Made by a program: the position numbers and the translations under genes
The notes under the pieces: model-generated
Databases searched by the model: none
Seen by the model: only the letters and a program-made list of their open reading frames with translations
What the model was told of the DNA's origin: nothing
Assembly: GCA_963678315.1 (NCBI GenBank)
Contig: OY782781.1
Location: forward strand, 832,001 to 896,000
Reading direction: 5' to 3'
DNA from: Candidatus Cloacimonadales bacterium
Lineage (GTDB): Bacteria; Cloacimonadota; Cloacimonadia; Cloacimonadales; JAFGVF01
DNA length: 64,000 nucleotides
Part shown: piece by piece, positions 28,617-39,354 of the stretch
How positions within the stretch are numbered: position 1 is the first letter of the stretch
How the letters are laid out: each line of letters starts with the position of its first letter

Positions 28617-29222
28617 ATGTCAGATTTTGGTATCTATCTGATTATTACCAAACCTAGCTTAAGCTATCAAGAAATTGCTAGAATAGCAGTTAAGCATAAT
28701 ATACGCTATCTACAACTTAGGGAAAAGCACCTCAACGATAGGGAAATTATCCAAGCATCGAAAGAAATATTATCCATAACCAAAGCTAGCAATACTAAAT
28801 ATATCATCAACGATAGAGCAGATTTAGCTAAAATAGTCGATGCTGATGGCCTTCATCTTGGTCAAGATGATATATCTCTTGCAGACGCTAGGTCAATCTT
28901 GGGAGAGGATAAGATTATTGGTCTATCTACTCATTCTCTTGAACAAGCAGAGAAAGCAATAGCTCAAAAGCCTGATTATATCGGATTTGGTCCTATCTAT
29001 CCTACTCCCACAAAAGCTATAGCAGACCCCGCTGTTGGACTAACTAACATCAAAAGTATTGTTGAAATGTCTAATATTCCTGTGGTTGCTATTGGTGGAA
29101 TTGATGATAGAAATGCTGAACTTGTAATTAAAAGTGGTGCAAAGAATATCTGCTTAGTCAGATACTTTATGAATACTAACAAACTTGAAGAACGAATAAC
29201 TAAAATACAAAACATGTTATAA
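28617..29222 (+). CDS. thiE: Thiamine-phosphate synthase
   Basis: QLREK, INDR, HLGQDD, GLSTH, PTPTK, AIGGI. Confidence 0.93.
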   Translation: MSDFGIYLIITKPSLSYQEIARIAVKHNIRYLQLREKHLNDREIIQASKEILSITKASNTKYIINDRADLAKIVDADGLHLGQDDISLADARSILGEDKIIGLSTHSLEQAEKAIAQKPDYIGFGPIYPTPTKAIADPAVGLTNIKSIVEMSNIPVVAIGGIDDRNAELVIKSGAKNICLVRYFMNTNKLEERITKIQNML

Positions 29223-29230
29223 GGATTATT

Positions 29231-30508
29231 ATGACACAACTACAACAAGCATTAAATGGTGTTATAACACCAGAAATGAAGACAGTAGCAAAAAATGAAA
29301 ATAGAAGCCCGGAATATATAAGAGACGAAGTTGCAAAGGGAAGAATTGTTATTCCTAAAAATATTAACCATAACTTCTCAGCTGTAGGTATTGGACTTGG
29401 ACTTAAAACTAAAGTCAATTCTAATATTGGTACTTCTGAAAAACACTGCTTTCCTGAAGAAGAACTAGAAAAACTACATACTTCAGTAAAATATGGAGCA
29501 GATAGTATCATGGACCTTTCTACTGGCGGTAACCTAACTGAAATATTAACTAATATCGTTAACAACTCTCCTATCATGGTGGGAACTGTTCCTATATATT
29601 CTGTAATGAGCAGACTCTTTGCAGAAGAGAAAGGATTCTTTGATATGACTGCAGACCTTCTCTTTGAAGAGATAGAAAATCATGCTAAGATTGGTGTGGA
29701 TTTCATAACTGTTCATTGTGGAATTACTAAGCAAAGTGTTGCTATGTATGAAACTTCTGAAAGACTTATGGGTATTGTTTCTAGAGGTGGTTCACTGATT
29801 AAACAATGGATGAAAAACCATAAAGCAGAAAACCCTCTTTATGAACAATACGATAGACTTCTGGAAATATGCTCTAAATACGATGTAACTCTTTCATTAG
29901 GTGATGGCATGAGACCTGGTGCTCAAAGAGATGCTAGCGATAGAGGGCAAATGGCTGAATTGCTTGTACTTGGTGAACTAGTTGATAGAGCTAGAGCTAA
30001 AGGTGTGCAAGTCATGGTTGAAGGTCCGGGGCATGTTCCTCTTGACCAAGTAGAAATGAATGTTAAAATCATGAAATCTGTATGTAAAGAAGCTCCTTTC
30101 TATGTTCTAGGACCACTGGTAACAGATATCGCTTCAGGATATGACCACATTGTAGGTGCTATTGGTGGAGCTATTGCAGCTGGAGCTGGGGTAGACTTCT
30201 TATGCTATGTTACTCCTGCTGAACACCTTTGCCTTCCTAATGCTGACGATGTAAAACAAGGAATCATGGCTACTAGAATTGCAGCTCATGCCGGCGATAT
30301 CGTAAAGAAAATACCAGGAGCTATTGAACAAGATCATATCGTTTCTAAAGCTAGAAGAGAATTCGACTGGGAAACAATATATAATAATTCTATCGACCCA
30401 GATTTAGCAAGAGAAAGAAAAGAAACTTCCGAGTCAAAAGACGATGATTACTGCACTATGTGCGGTAAACTATGCGCTGTTAGAACCGACCGCGGAGAAA
30501 ATGATTAA
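29231..30508 (+). CDS. thiC: Phosphomethylpyrimidine synthase
   Basis: MDLSTGG, GTVPIY, SRGGS, EGPGH, YVTPAEHL, CTMCG.LC. Confidence 0.95.
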   Translation: MTQLQQALNGVITPEMKTVAKNENRSPEYIRDEVAKGRIVIPKNINHNFSAVGIGLGLKTKVNSNIGTSEKHCFPEEELEKLHTSVKYGADSIMDLSTGGNLTEILTNIVNNSPIMVGTVPIYSVMSRLFAEEKGFFDMTADLLFEEIENHAKIGVDFITVHCGITKQSVAMYETSERLMGIVSRGGSLIKQWMKNHKAENPLYEQYDRLLEICSKYDVTLSLGDGMRPGAQRDASDRGQMAELLVLGELVDRARAKGVQVMVEGPGHVPLDQVEMNVKIMKSVCKEAPFYVLGPLVTDIASGYDHIVGAIGGAIAAGAGVDFLCYVTPAEHLCLPNADDVKQGIMATRIAAHAGDIVKKIPGAIEQDHIVSKARREFDWETIYNNSIDPDLARERKETSESKDDDYCTMCGKLCAVRTDRGEND

Positions 30509-30573
30509 AAAAACTTGCCTAGAATTTATCTCTAATTTTCATGACTCTGTCTATTACTCATAAAGGAGATATC

Positions 30574-30888
30574 ATGACAGAAGAATTAAATAATAATGAA
30601 GTTGAAGTTGTTGATGAACCAATAACTCTTACCCTCACTCTTGAAAATGGGCAGGAATTAAAGTGCGAAGTTATCGGCACTCTTGAAGTTGATGGCAAAG
30701 ATTATATTGCTGTATTACCTGAAAATGAAGAAGATTTCTGGATTTACGAATATACAGAAAACGAAGACGAGACTCTTGATATCCAAAATATCGAAGATGA
30801 AGAGCTATTCCAAAAAGTTGGACATGCATTTGAAGAAATGTTTGATGCTGAATATGATGAAGATGAAGAAGCAGAAGACGAAGAATAA
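30574..30888 (+). CDS. DUF1292-domain acidic protein
   Basis: ITLTLENG.E..C.VI..LEV.GK.Y…IEDEE.F..V; RBS aaaggag before ATG 30574. Confidence 0.75.
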   Translation: MTEELNNNEVEVVDEPITLTLTLENGQELKCEVIGTLEVDGKDYIAVLPENEEDFWIYEYTENEDETLDIQNIEDEELFQKVGHAFEEMFDAEYDEDEEAEDEE

Positions 30889-30919
30889 AATAGTTTATTC
30901 ATAACATAAATGTTAATTT

Positions 30920-30945
30920 AGACGTGAGAAATCACGTCTTTTTTT
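30920..30945 (+). terminator. Intrinsic terminator
   Basis: agacgtga-gaaa-tcacgtct followed by a T-tract. Confidence 0.8.
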
Positions 30946-30971
30946 ATTGTTGGAACAAAGAATCTAATAAC

Positions 30972-30999
30972 AAAAAAAAGCTCCTGCGGACAGGAGCTT
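30972..30999 (-). terminator. Intrinsic terminator of ftcD
   Basis: aagctcctg-cgga-caggagctt with A8 on the + strand. Confidence 0.8.
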
Positions 31000-31027
31000 A
31001 AATATATATTTATAATTCTAACTAAGA

Positions 31028-32692
31028 TTATAGTCTTTTTAAAACATCATTCTCGACATTCAAAGCAAGAGTGTTTATTTCTTCATATAACTTGTTAGCT
31101 TTATCAGTTACTTCTTTTTTGAAAGCTTCATCTGTAATACTACCCATGTTGATAATAACATTTAAGTAAGCAGCTTTAGCTCCAGCATTAGCATTGATTG
31201 CAGCAACACCAGCATCAGAAAGAGCATTAGCATTACCTATTGTAGCCACTTTCTCTGACAAGCAAACAGCATCATAACAGATTTCTAGTGTTTTGAGAGG
31301 AACAAGGATGGCAGCTTGAGTTGCTTTTTCCATTGCTTCAGCTCTAAGTGCTTTTTCTTCATCAGTTTTCTTAGGAAGTCTCATTGCATCCATCATAACA
31401 TAGAAAGCTTGAGTATCTTCATCGATAGCAGCGATAGATCTTTCTTTGATAGCTTGACCTTCTTCAGCATACTTTCTTGCTTCATCTTGAACAAGCTCAT
31501 AACCTTTCTTATCAATAGTTAAGTTTGAAACCATAGCAGATAAGGCACCAGACATTGCTACACTGATAGCAGCCACTGAACCACCACCAGGAGCAGGAGA
31601 ATCAGTAGATAATTCATCTGTGAATTGAGTGATTGTCATGTTAGCTAAGTTATCACAATCAGCTATAGCGTATTCAATAACTTTTTTATCTAAATCGAAG
31701 TCTGTTAAATCATCTAAACCCATTGATTTAACAGCTGTTTCAAGAATCTTTCTTTCAGGAATACCTGCAGAGTCGCCCATTCTTCTTAAGTAATATTTAC
31801 CTGCTTGAATAAGTGCTTCTTTTGGTGTAAGTCCAACAAGTTCTGAACCAGTAACTTGGATGCCTTTAGCATTAGCTAATTCTCTAACTTTTTCAAGAAC
31901 TTCATGAACTGGAGTAATCTTGTAGTTAGTAAGGTTAATTGATATTTGAGCTCTATCATATTCATCGATGAACCAACCAACAGCTTTACATTCTTTGAAT
32001 AAACCTGGTTTTTTAACTTTATTGCCCTTCTCATCTTTGATGAACTTATTGTTCTCATCTCTAGCGAAGCGACCACGTTCACGAATATCAAGAGCTATAT
32101 CGTGTGCTTTAGCTTTATCGCGTGTGTTTAAGTTGATGTTGTAAGCTATTAAGAATTCTCTTACGCCGATAACAGTTGCACCAGCTTTAGCATTGAATTT
32201 ATGAGGACCGAAGTCAGGTTTCCAGTTTGGATCTTGCATCTTTTGTGGAAGTGCTTCATATTCACCTTTTCTTACTTCAGCTAGGTTTCTCCATTCAGGT
32301 TTAGTAGCAGAGTGTTCGTATAAGAATACAGGAATATCTAATTCATCACCAACTCTTTTAGCGAGTGTTTTAGAGTATTCAACACATTCAGCAACAGTTA
32401 CATCTGAAATAGGGATAAGAGGGCATACATCAGTTGCACCTTGTCTAGCATGAGTACCATGATGTTTTGACATATCTATTAATTCAGAAGCTTTCTTAAT
32501 TGCTTGGAAAGCTGCTTCAATAACAGCATCAGGAGTGCCAACAAAAGTAAAAACTGTTCTGTTAGTTTCAGCACCTGGATCAACATCAAGTAGAGTCACA
32601 TTATTAACTGCACAAACTGAAGCTGCGATAGCATCAAGAATCTTTCTATCACATCCTTCACTAAAATTAGGAACGCATTCGATAAGTTTCAT
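31028..32692 (-). CDS. ftcD: Bifunctional glutamate formiminotransferase / formiminotetrahydrofolate cyclodeaminase
   Basis: ECVPNFSEG, H.R.GATDV.P, FLIAYN; C-terminal cyclodeaminase SPAPGGGS. Confidence 0.92.
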   Translation of the reverse strand: MKLIECVPNFSEGCDRKILDAIAASVCAVNNVTLLDVDPGAETNRTVFTFVGTPDAVIEAAFQAIKKASELIDMSKHHGTHARQGATDVCPLIPISDVTVAECVEYSKTLAKRVGDELDIPVFLYEHSATKPEWRNLAEVRKGEYEALPQKMQDPNWKPDFGPHKFNAKAGATVIGVREFLIAYNINLNTRDKAKAHDIALDIRERGRFARDENNKFIKDEKGNKVKKPGLFKECKAVGWFIDEYDRAQISINLTNYKITPVHEVLEKVRELANAKGIQVTGSELVGLTPKEALIQAGKYYLRRMGDSAGIPERKILETAVKSMGLDDLTDFDLDKKVIEYAIADCDNLANMTITQFTDELSTDSPAPGGGSVAAISVAMSGALSAMVSNLTIDKKGYELVQDEARKYAEEGQAIKERSIAAIDEDTQAFYVMMDAMRLPKKTDEEKALRAEAMEKATQAAILVPLKTLEICYDAVCLSEKVATIGNANALSDAGVAAINANAGAKAAYLNVIINMGSITDEAFKKEVTDKANKLYEEINTLALNVENDVLKRL

Positions 32693-32707
32693 AACTTCTC
32701 CAATTTA

Positions 32708-33940
32708 TTATATTTTTTTAACTTTAATCTTCTCTATCTTTCTATCTGTGGCTTGCATGATTTGCATTTTGAAGCCATCAATATTAACGTATTGCCCTAG
32801 TTTAGGGACCTTCTCTATCTTATCAATAATTAGTCCTGCTAGGGTTTTATAGCTACCTTCTGGTAGTTCTAAATCATAGTCATCGTTCAGGTCATCAACT
32901 TCTACATCACCATTAATAATATATGTATTCTCGCTAATTCTGATAACATCAGAGCGATTATCTTCTTGGTCATATTCATCTTCGATATCACCTACAATCT
33001 CTTCAAGAATATCTTCAAAAGTAACGATTCCAGAGGTACCACCATAAGAATCAACTATTATAGCCATGCTCTTCTTTTGGGTCTGCATATCTTGCATAAG
33101 AAGGTTCAGGTTAATAGTTTCAGGAGAGAAGTATGGTTCATGGATTAGATCACCGGCTTTAGAATTTTCATCAACTCCTTTCTTCAATATATCATAGATA
33201 ATCAGAATACCAGTAACATTATCAATAGTGTCACTATAAACAGGATAGCGGGTAAAACCTTCTTCTCTAGCGGTTTCGATTACTTCATTAATTGGAGTAT
33301 TCTCATCAAAAGCGATAATATCTCTTCTTGGAATCATGATATCTTCAGCATTCAAAGTGTTGAAGTCCATCATTTCTTCAAGCATTTCTTTTTGAGGATT
33401 TGAGATAGTTTTATCATGTTTTGTATTTGCTAGAAGAAGGGCAATATCATCTTTAGTTAAGTAGGCTAGTGAATGTGGACCTGCAATATCGAATTTCTTA
33501 TAAAGGAAGTCGTTTAAGAAGGTTACCACAGCCACGAATGGTTTAAGCACAAAGTATGAATACTTTAGGAAAGGATAAGTCTTGGGTACAACTGAGTAAG
33601 AATAATCTCTAAAGAGTATCTTAGGTAAGATTTCCCCAATAACAAAGACTATTGCACCAATAAGAAGTGAGACATATTCCTCTTTAAAGACATGACTTTC
33701 ATGCGCAATAATAGTTGATATTGTAGCAATCAATACATTTACAATATTATTACCGATGAGTATTGTTCCGAAAAACTTATCGGGTTTACTCACAAACTTC
33801 AAGAGATTCTTTTTATCTCTATCTGTTTTCGACTCTTTTTCTAGTCTGAGTATATCTAGTGAAACAATTCCAGTTTCTAACCCAGAGAATAGAAAGGATA
33901 ACAAAAATAATACTATTAAGATTATTAAATTATGTACCAT
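32708..33940 (-). CDS. CNNM/CBS/CorC (hemolysin-family) membrane protein
   Basis: FSGLET, LIGNN.VN, GEILPK, IMIPR, FTRYPV, VDSYGG…EDILEEIVGDIEDEYD. Confidence 0.9.
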   Translation of the reverse strand: MVHNLIILIVLFLLSFLFSGLETGIVSLDILRLEKESKTDRDKKNLLKFVSKPDKFFGTILIGNNIVNVLIATISTIIAHESHVFKEEYVSLLIGAIVFVIGEILPKILFRDYSYSVVPKTYPFLKYSYFVLKPFVAVVTFLNDFLYKKFDIAGPHSLAYLTKDDIALLLANTKHDKTISNPQKEMLEEMMDFNTLNAEDIMIPRRDIIAFDENTPINEVIETAREEGFTRYPVYSDTIDNVTGILIIYDILKKGVDENSKAGDLIHEPYFSPETINLNLLMQDMQTQKKSMAIIVDSYGGTSGIVTFEDILEEIVGDIEDEYDQEDNRSDVIRISENTYIINGDVEVDDLNDDYDLELPEGSYKTLAGLIIDKIEKVPKLGQYVNIDGFKMQIMQATDRKIEKIKVKKI

Positions 33941-33954
33941 TGTCCTTTAGACTT

Positions 33955-35022
33955 TTAGTTATTTATTTTCTCGTTTTTATAAGCTAATTTAAGAGCTTCA
34001 ATGAACTCTTCTATCTCTCCGACCAAAATGCCATTCAGTTTATAAGAAGTCAAATTAATTCTATGGTCAGTTACTCTTGATTGTGGGAAATTATAGGTTC
34101 TAATCTTTGCAGACCTATCACCTGTGCCCACTTGAGCCTTTCTTTGAGCTGAAATTTCAGCTTCTTGTTTAGCGATTTCATGGTCCAGAAGTCTAGAACG
34201 TAAAACTCGCATTGCTTTATCTTTATTTTTAAGTTGTGACTTTTCATCTTGGCAGGTAACAACCACACCCGTAGGCAAGTGAGTGATACGAACAGCAGAG
34301 TCTGTTGTATTAACAGACTGTCCACCATTACCTGAGGAACGGTAAACATCAATCTTTAAGTCATTAGGATTGATTTCTACATCAACATCATCAGCTTCTG
34401 GGAGTACAGCTACAGAGATAGCAGAAGTATGGATTCTGCCACTTGCTTCTGTTTCTGGAACACGTTGTACTCGGTGAACACCTGATTCGAAACGCATAGT
34501 TCCAAATACATTGTCTCCTCTTAGCATAAAGGTAACTTCTTTGAAACCACCTTTACCTGTTGGGTTAGAAGATAGAACTTCAAGCTTCCAATTCATCTTT
34601 TCTGCAAAGTAAGTGTACATTCTATAAAGATCTGCAACAAACAAGCCAGCTTCTTCACCACCAGCTCCAGCTCTAATCTCGATGATAGCGTCTTTATCAT
34701 CGTTAGGGTCTTTTGGAGATAGAAGTTCTTTTAGTTTCTCTGTAAGCTCTTCAAGAGTAGCTTCAGATTCTTCAATATCCATTTTCGCTAATTCTATCAT
34801 ATCTTTATCTTTTTCTTCTGCAAGAAGCTCTTTAGAATCAGCAATATTTCCTTCTACATCTGTATATTCTTTATAAGTATTTAAAATTTCTTCTAGCTCT
34901 TTAAATCTCTTTGAAATCTTGCCATAGAGTCTTCTGTCTGACATATAGTTAGGGTCAAATACTTTTTCTTTCAAATCCGTATGTTCTTCAACTAGGGCAT
35001 CTAGTTTTTCTTGTGGTATCAT
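33955..35022 (-). CDS. prfA: Peptide chain release factor 1
   Basis: GGQ motif, PET (PxT) peptide anticodon, EIRAGAGG, IRTYNFPQ. Confidence 0.95.
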   Translation of the reverse strand: MIPQEKLDALVEEHTDLKEKVFDPNYMSDRRLYGKISKRFKELEEILNTYKEYTDVEGNIADSKELLAEEKDKDMIELAKMDIEESEATLEELTEKLKELLSPKDPNDDKDAIIEIRAGAGGEEAGLFVADLYRMYTYFAEKMNWKLEVLSSNPTGKGGFKEVTFMLRGDNVFGTMRFESGVHRVQRVPETEASGRIHTSAISVAVLPEADDVDVEINPNDLKIDVYRSSGNGGQSVNTTDSAVRITHLPTGVVVTCQDEKSQLKNKDKAMRVLRSRLLDHEIAKQEAEISAQRKAQVGTGDRSAKIRTYNFPQSRVTDHRINLTSYKLNGILVGEIEEFIEALKLAYKNEKINN

Positions 35023-35037
35023 TTTAAATCTCCAGTA

Positions 35038-35985
35038 TTAGTCATCTAATATAGTTAGGTTTTCGTAGTCACTTACATCAATATCAAGGGCTGATTTCAT
35101 AGCTACAACAGCACATTCAACCATATCATCATCAGGTGGTTGAGTTGTAATTCTTTGTAAAGCAAGACCAGGAATTGTAATAAGTTTCACCAATGGGTGA
35201 TTTACTTTTTTACCTGAGAACTTAAGAACTTCATAAGATAAGCCTGATACCAAAGGAACTAGTGGAAAGTGAATAAGCAGTCTTTGCCACCATGCCATGT
35301 TTGAAATCCAGTATTTTTGGACTATAGTATCAATTATTGAAAAGAATAATATTGCAATCAGAAGTACCAAGAAAATGAAACTAGTTCCACAGCGTGGATG
35401 TAATGTAGTGAACTTCTGAACAGACTTTGAATCTAAATCTGATTTCTTTTCCCAAGCATGAACACTCTTATGTTCTGCTCCATGATATCGAAATACTCTA
35501 TTCACATCTTTCATCTTACTGATTATCCAGACATATAAAACAAAGAATGTAATGCGGATTAAACCAGCAAATAAGTTAAAGACAGTATTGTTTTCAAATG
35601 AGTGACTTAAGTAATAAGGAACAACTCCAAACAAAGCAATAGCAAAACCGAAAGCAAAAACATAAGAGAAGAATTCTTCTATTTTCTTACGAGAATTGGA
35701 TTTGTTTGCTTCTTTTTCATCTTGATAATCTAACTCATATCTTGATGCAGCAAAGGTAAGAGTCTTTACCCCGATAATCATCATTTCTATTAGGGATACA
35801 AAACCTCTGACAATTGGTAAACCTAAAAATTTATTTTTCTTGGTAACACTTGTAAATTTTTCTTTTTTTAATTCTAGTGCTCCATCTTTTCTTCTTACAC
35901 AGGTTGCAATATGCTCTGGACCTCGCATCATTACCCCTTCGATAACAGCCTGTCCGCCTATTGCAATCTCTTTTTCTTTTGCCAT
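35038..35985 (-). CDS. DUF1385 membrane protein
   Basis: IGGQAVIEGVMM, YHGAEHK, HPRCGTSF, LQRITT; usual rpmE-DUF1385-prfA context. Confidence 0.9.
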   Translation of the reverse strand: MAKEKEIAIGGQAVIEGVMMRGPEHIATCVRRKDGALELKKEKFTSVTKKNKFLGLPIVRGFVSLIEMMIIGVKTLTFAASRYELDYQDEKEANKSNSRKKIEEFFSYVFAFGFAIALFGVVPYYLSHSFENNTVFNLFAGLIRITFFVLYVWIISKMKDVNRVFRYHGAEHKSVHAWEKKSDLDSKSVQKFTTLHPRCGTSFIFLVLLIAILFFSIIDTIVQKYWISNMAWWQRLLIHFPLVPLVSGLSYEVLKFSGKKVNHPLVKLITIPGLALQRITTQPPDDDMVECAVVAMKSALDIDVSDYENLTILDD

Positions 35986-36006
35986 GATTATACCTTTCTT
36001 TCCTAT

Positions 36007-36041
36007 AAAAAAAACACCACAGGCTTATCGCTACTGTGGTG
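36007..36041 (-). terminator. Terminator after rpmE
   Basis: caccacag/ctgtggtg stem with A8 on the + strand. Confidence 0.7.
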
Positions 36042-36057
36042 CAAAATATACATTATA

Positions 36058-36264
36058 CTATTTTTTGTTTTTACTATATTTTTGTTTGAACTTCTCAACA
36101 CGACCAGCTGTGTCGAGTAACTTTTCTTTACCAGTATAGAATGGGTGACATTCGCTACAGATAGCAATTGAAAGGTCACCTGTAGTAGATTTTGTTTCAA
36201 ATGTGTTTCCACACATACATTTTACTGTAACCTTTTCATATTTAGGATGAATACCTTTTTTCAT
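36058..36264 (-). CDS. rpmE: 50S ribosomal protein L31 (zinc-binding type)
   Basis: [27 protein letters not shown]. Confidence 0.97.
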   Translation of the reverse strand: MKKGIHPKYEKVTVKCMCGNTFETKSTTGDLSIAICSECHPFYTGKEKLLDTAGRVEKFKQKYSKNKK

Positions 36265-36462
36265 TTTAGTCTCCTATTTATAATCTTTTAATTTTTTTAT
36301 CGTAAAATACAATGTATTATTTTAGTGATTATCATAAAAATATTTAACTGCTAGAGTGTCAATGTTTTTGTTTAAATATTTGTAGGTGGGCAGTTAAGAG
36401 TGTGATTTTTACTATAAATAATCGTATGTAATGAAGTAATTCATCATGAACAATATGGCCTT

Positions 36463-36891
36463 GCTTGTGAAAACACAAACCGGGATTGTAAGCTTCCCAG
36501 CTTACGAAAATACAGACCGGGATTGTAAGCTTCCCAGCTTACGAATCTATTTTGCGTAAGCATGAAGTTCCTTCAACCTATCGGTGGATGCTTACACTCC
36601 CTTTTCTGAGACGTTTTACACGTCTATACAAATTCACTTATAACTTCGTTCTAAGTGAAGCCAGCGCAGAGGCTGGCGATCCCAGTATGTCCTCACTTCT
36701 AACTCCTCACTCCTAACTCCTCACTCCTAACTCCTAACTCCTAACTCCTAACTCCTCACTCCTCACTCCTAACTTCTAACTCCTCACTCCTTCTCCCAAC
36801 TCCTAACTCCTAACTCCTCACTTCTAACTCCTCACTCCATCCTTACTTGCCACCTTGAAAAATCGGCTTTTTTTCAAGGAGGCCAGTAAGG
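36463..36891. repeat. Composite repeat island: family A, family C (inverted), about 21 heptamers ctcct(a/c)a, family B
   Basis: Family A at 36463-36600; family C at about 36609-36687; heptamers at 36691-36838; palindrome at 36841-36891. Confidence 0.85.
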
Positions 36892-37006
36892 GAGAGGTTA
36901 AGATTTGATTAAGACAAAAAAAATCTATTCTTGCTAGAGAGCTTGGTTAACAAAAAAAAATTAGATATTAATTGACGTTAAAGTCTAATTATTATATTAT
37001 TTGATT

Positions 37007-39340
37007 ATGATAAAAAATGATTACAAAATTCTGTGTGTTCATGATAATCTTAAGCAGAAAGAAATGCTTGTTGAAAGGCTTACTAAGGATATGCCAAATG
37101 CAATAGTTGTCAGTGTTGATAACTATAATGAGATGGTAGCAAATTTAGTAAAAAATGCCTTTGATGTAGCTGTATTGTACTGTAATATAAAGTGGTTAGA
37201 TTATCAAAAAGCTATTAGGTTTATTGTAAATAATACTCCACCTATACCTGTTTTTGCCTTTGTTGATAAAGAGCAATTTACTGAGGTAAATGAATTATTG
37301 GATATGGGGGTAGAAGATTATAGTATGAGTGATCCTCTTCATTCTTATAGGTTGCCTATATCTTTAAAGTCTATTATTACAAGCCACCACCATAAAATGA
37401 AAAGCATGCAGATTGAGAAGAAACTAGATGATCAGACAGTTCTTTTTAAAACTCTATTTGAAAAGGCTCCTGAAGCAATAGCGCTCACAAATGCAGAAGG
37501 TGTAATCATTAATATTAATGAGATGTTTACTGAATTATTTGGGTATAGTCTTGATGAAGCGAAAGATAAGTCGATTGATTCCTTGATATGTACAATTGAC
37601 CAACAAGCCAATGCAAAGAAAATCAATAAAGATGTTTTATCTGGTGATTTAGTTAATTTGAAATTACTTAGGAAACACAAAGATGGACACATGATTAATG
37701 TCTCCTTGGCTTCTACTCCAGTTGTCTTCTCTTCTGGTACTAGAGGACTATATGCAATCTATAAAAGTATTGATGAAGAGGTTAGAATCAATGCTGAACT
37801 CAGTAAAACAAAACTCTATCTTGATTCTTTATTAGATAGTATTGATTATATGATTCTTGCTCTTGATATAAATGGGAATGTTTCCTATTATAACCAATCC
37901 TATGCTGAACACTTGCTCAAAGAATATGGATTTAAAATTGAGATGGGCAAAAACTTGTTTAGAACGGCTGTAAGCAAAAAACTAGAATTCTTTAGGGATT
38001 ATATATATGGAGCTTATGAAGGGAAAAATGAGAGCAAGATAATTTCAATAGGTGATGAAAAAAAGCAGTATCGAGAACTATCATATTATCCTATATATTC
38101 AGGGAGTAATTTAAAAGGGATAACCTATATCTCAAGAGATATAACCAGCTATATTGAAACTGAGAATAGTCTAAAAAAAGCAATTGAGAAGGCTGAATCT
38201 GCAGATTTGGCTAAAAGCCAATTCTTGGCTACTATGAGTCATGAAATCAGAACTCCCCTTAATGGTGTAATTGGTATGACAGGGCTTTTACAAGATACTG
38301 ATTTAACAGAAGAACAATTAGATTTAGTACAGTCTATAAATATCTCTGGAAATACACTTCTGGATGTTATCAATGATATTTTAGATTTCTCTAAGCTAGA
38401 CTCAGAACAATTCCATCTTGAACCTACAACTTTCTCTTTAGGAAAACTATTTGAGGAGATTAACTCTATTGTCTATTCCAGAGCAAATCAACAAGGTTTA
38501 TACATAAGATTTCAGCTTGATGACGAAATTCAAAAGTATTTCAAGGCTGATAAACTAAGAGTTAAGCAGATTCTCTTAAATATTATCTATAATGCCATAA
38601 AATTTACTGATGAAGGCGGTATAACCGTTACGGTTAAGAAGCTCAATATCCAAAATAAATTCAGATTCTCTATAAGAGATACTGGTTGTGGAATTTCAAA
38701 ACAGGATCAAAAGAAATTGTTTGACCCTTTCACCCAAACCAAGAATACTCTAACTAAACAAGCTGGAGGAACAGGACTAGGTTTAGCTATTGTTAAGAGA
38801 CTTGTTAAGGCTATGCAGGGAGAGATTTGGGTAGAAAGTGTAGTAGATGTTGGTTCTAATTTTATCTTTGATATAGAACTAGAAGAAGCTAGTGAAAAAG
38901 ATATAACGAAAGCAACTAATTTTAGAGAGAATCATGTCAAACTGACACCTGACTTTGCTCTCAAGAATCCATTAAAGATTCTGGTCGCTGAAGATAACAA
39001 GATAAATCAAAAACTTATAAAAATGCTTCTTAATAAAATCGGTTATAAAATAGAGCTAGTTGCTAATGGACTTAAAGCTCTAGAATATACTAAAAAGAAT
39101 GACGTGGATTTAATTCTTATGGATGTTGAAATGCCAGTAATGGGCGGGATAGAATCAATGAAACGAATCCGAAAAGAAGCTAAACATGTTCCATATATTA
39201 TTGCTGTGACCGCAAATGCTACTATGCAGGATAAACAGAAATATCTTAATATGGGAATGGATGATTATATAAGCAAGCCTATTCAACAGACTACTTTGTT
39301 AGATAAAATACACTCAGCTTGGAAAAGAATTAATCGCTAG
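37007..39340 (+). CDS. Cytoplasmic hybrid sensor kinase (pseudo-REC, 2 PAS, HisKA, HATPase, REC)
   Basis: [41 protein letters not shown]. Confidence 0.9.
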   Translation: MIKNDYKILCVHDNLKQKEMLVERLTKDMPNAIVVSVDNYNEMVANLVKNAFDVAVLYCNIKWLDYQKAIRFIVNNTPPIPVFAFVDKEQFTEVNELLDMGVEDYSMSDPLHSYRLPISLKSIITSHHHKMKSMQIEKKLDDQTVLFKTLFEKAPEAIALTNAEGVIININEMFTELFGYSLDEAKDKSIDSLICTIDQQANAKKINKDVLSGDLVNLKLLRKHKDGHMINVSLASTPVVFSSGTRGLYAIYKSIDEEVRINAELSKTKLYLDSLLDSIDYMILALDINGNVSYYNQSYAEHLLKEYGFKIEMGKNLFRTAVSKKLEFFRDYIYGAYEGKNESKIISIGDEKKQYRELSYYPIYSGSNLKGITYISRDITSYIETENSLKKAIEKAESADLAKSQFLATMSHEIRTPLNGVIGMTGLLQDTDLTEEQLDLVQSINISGNTLLDVINDILDFSKLDSEQFHLEPTTFSLGKLFEEINSIVYSRANQQGLYIRFQLDDEIQKYFKADKLRVKQILLNIIYNAIKFTDEGGITVTVKKLNIQNKFRFSIRDTGCGISKQDQKKLFDPFTQTKNTLTKQAGGTGLGLAIVKRLVKAMQGEIWVESVVDVGSNFIFDIELEEASEKDITKATNFRENHVKLTPDFALKNPLKILVAEDNKINQKLIKMLLNKIGYKIELVANGLKALEYTKKNDVDLILMDVEMPVMGGIESMKRIRKEAKHVPYIIAVTANATMQDKQKYLNMGMDDYISKPIQQTTLLDKIHSAWKRINR

Positions 39341-39354
39341 TTACTTAAGATAGT

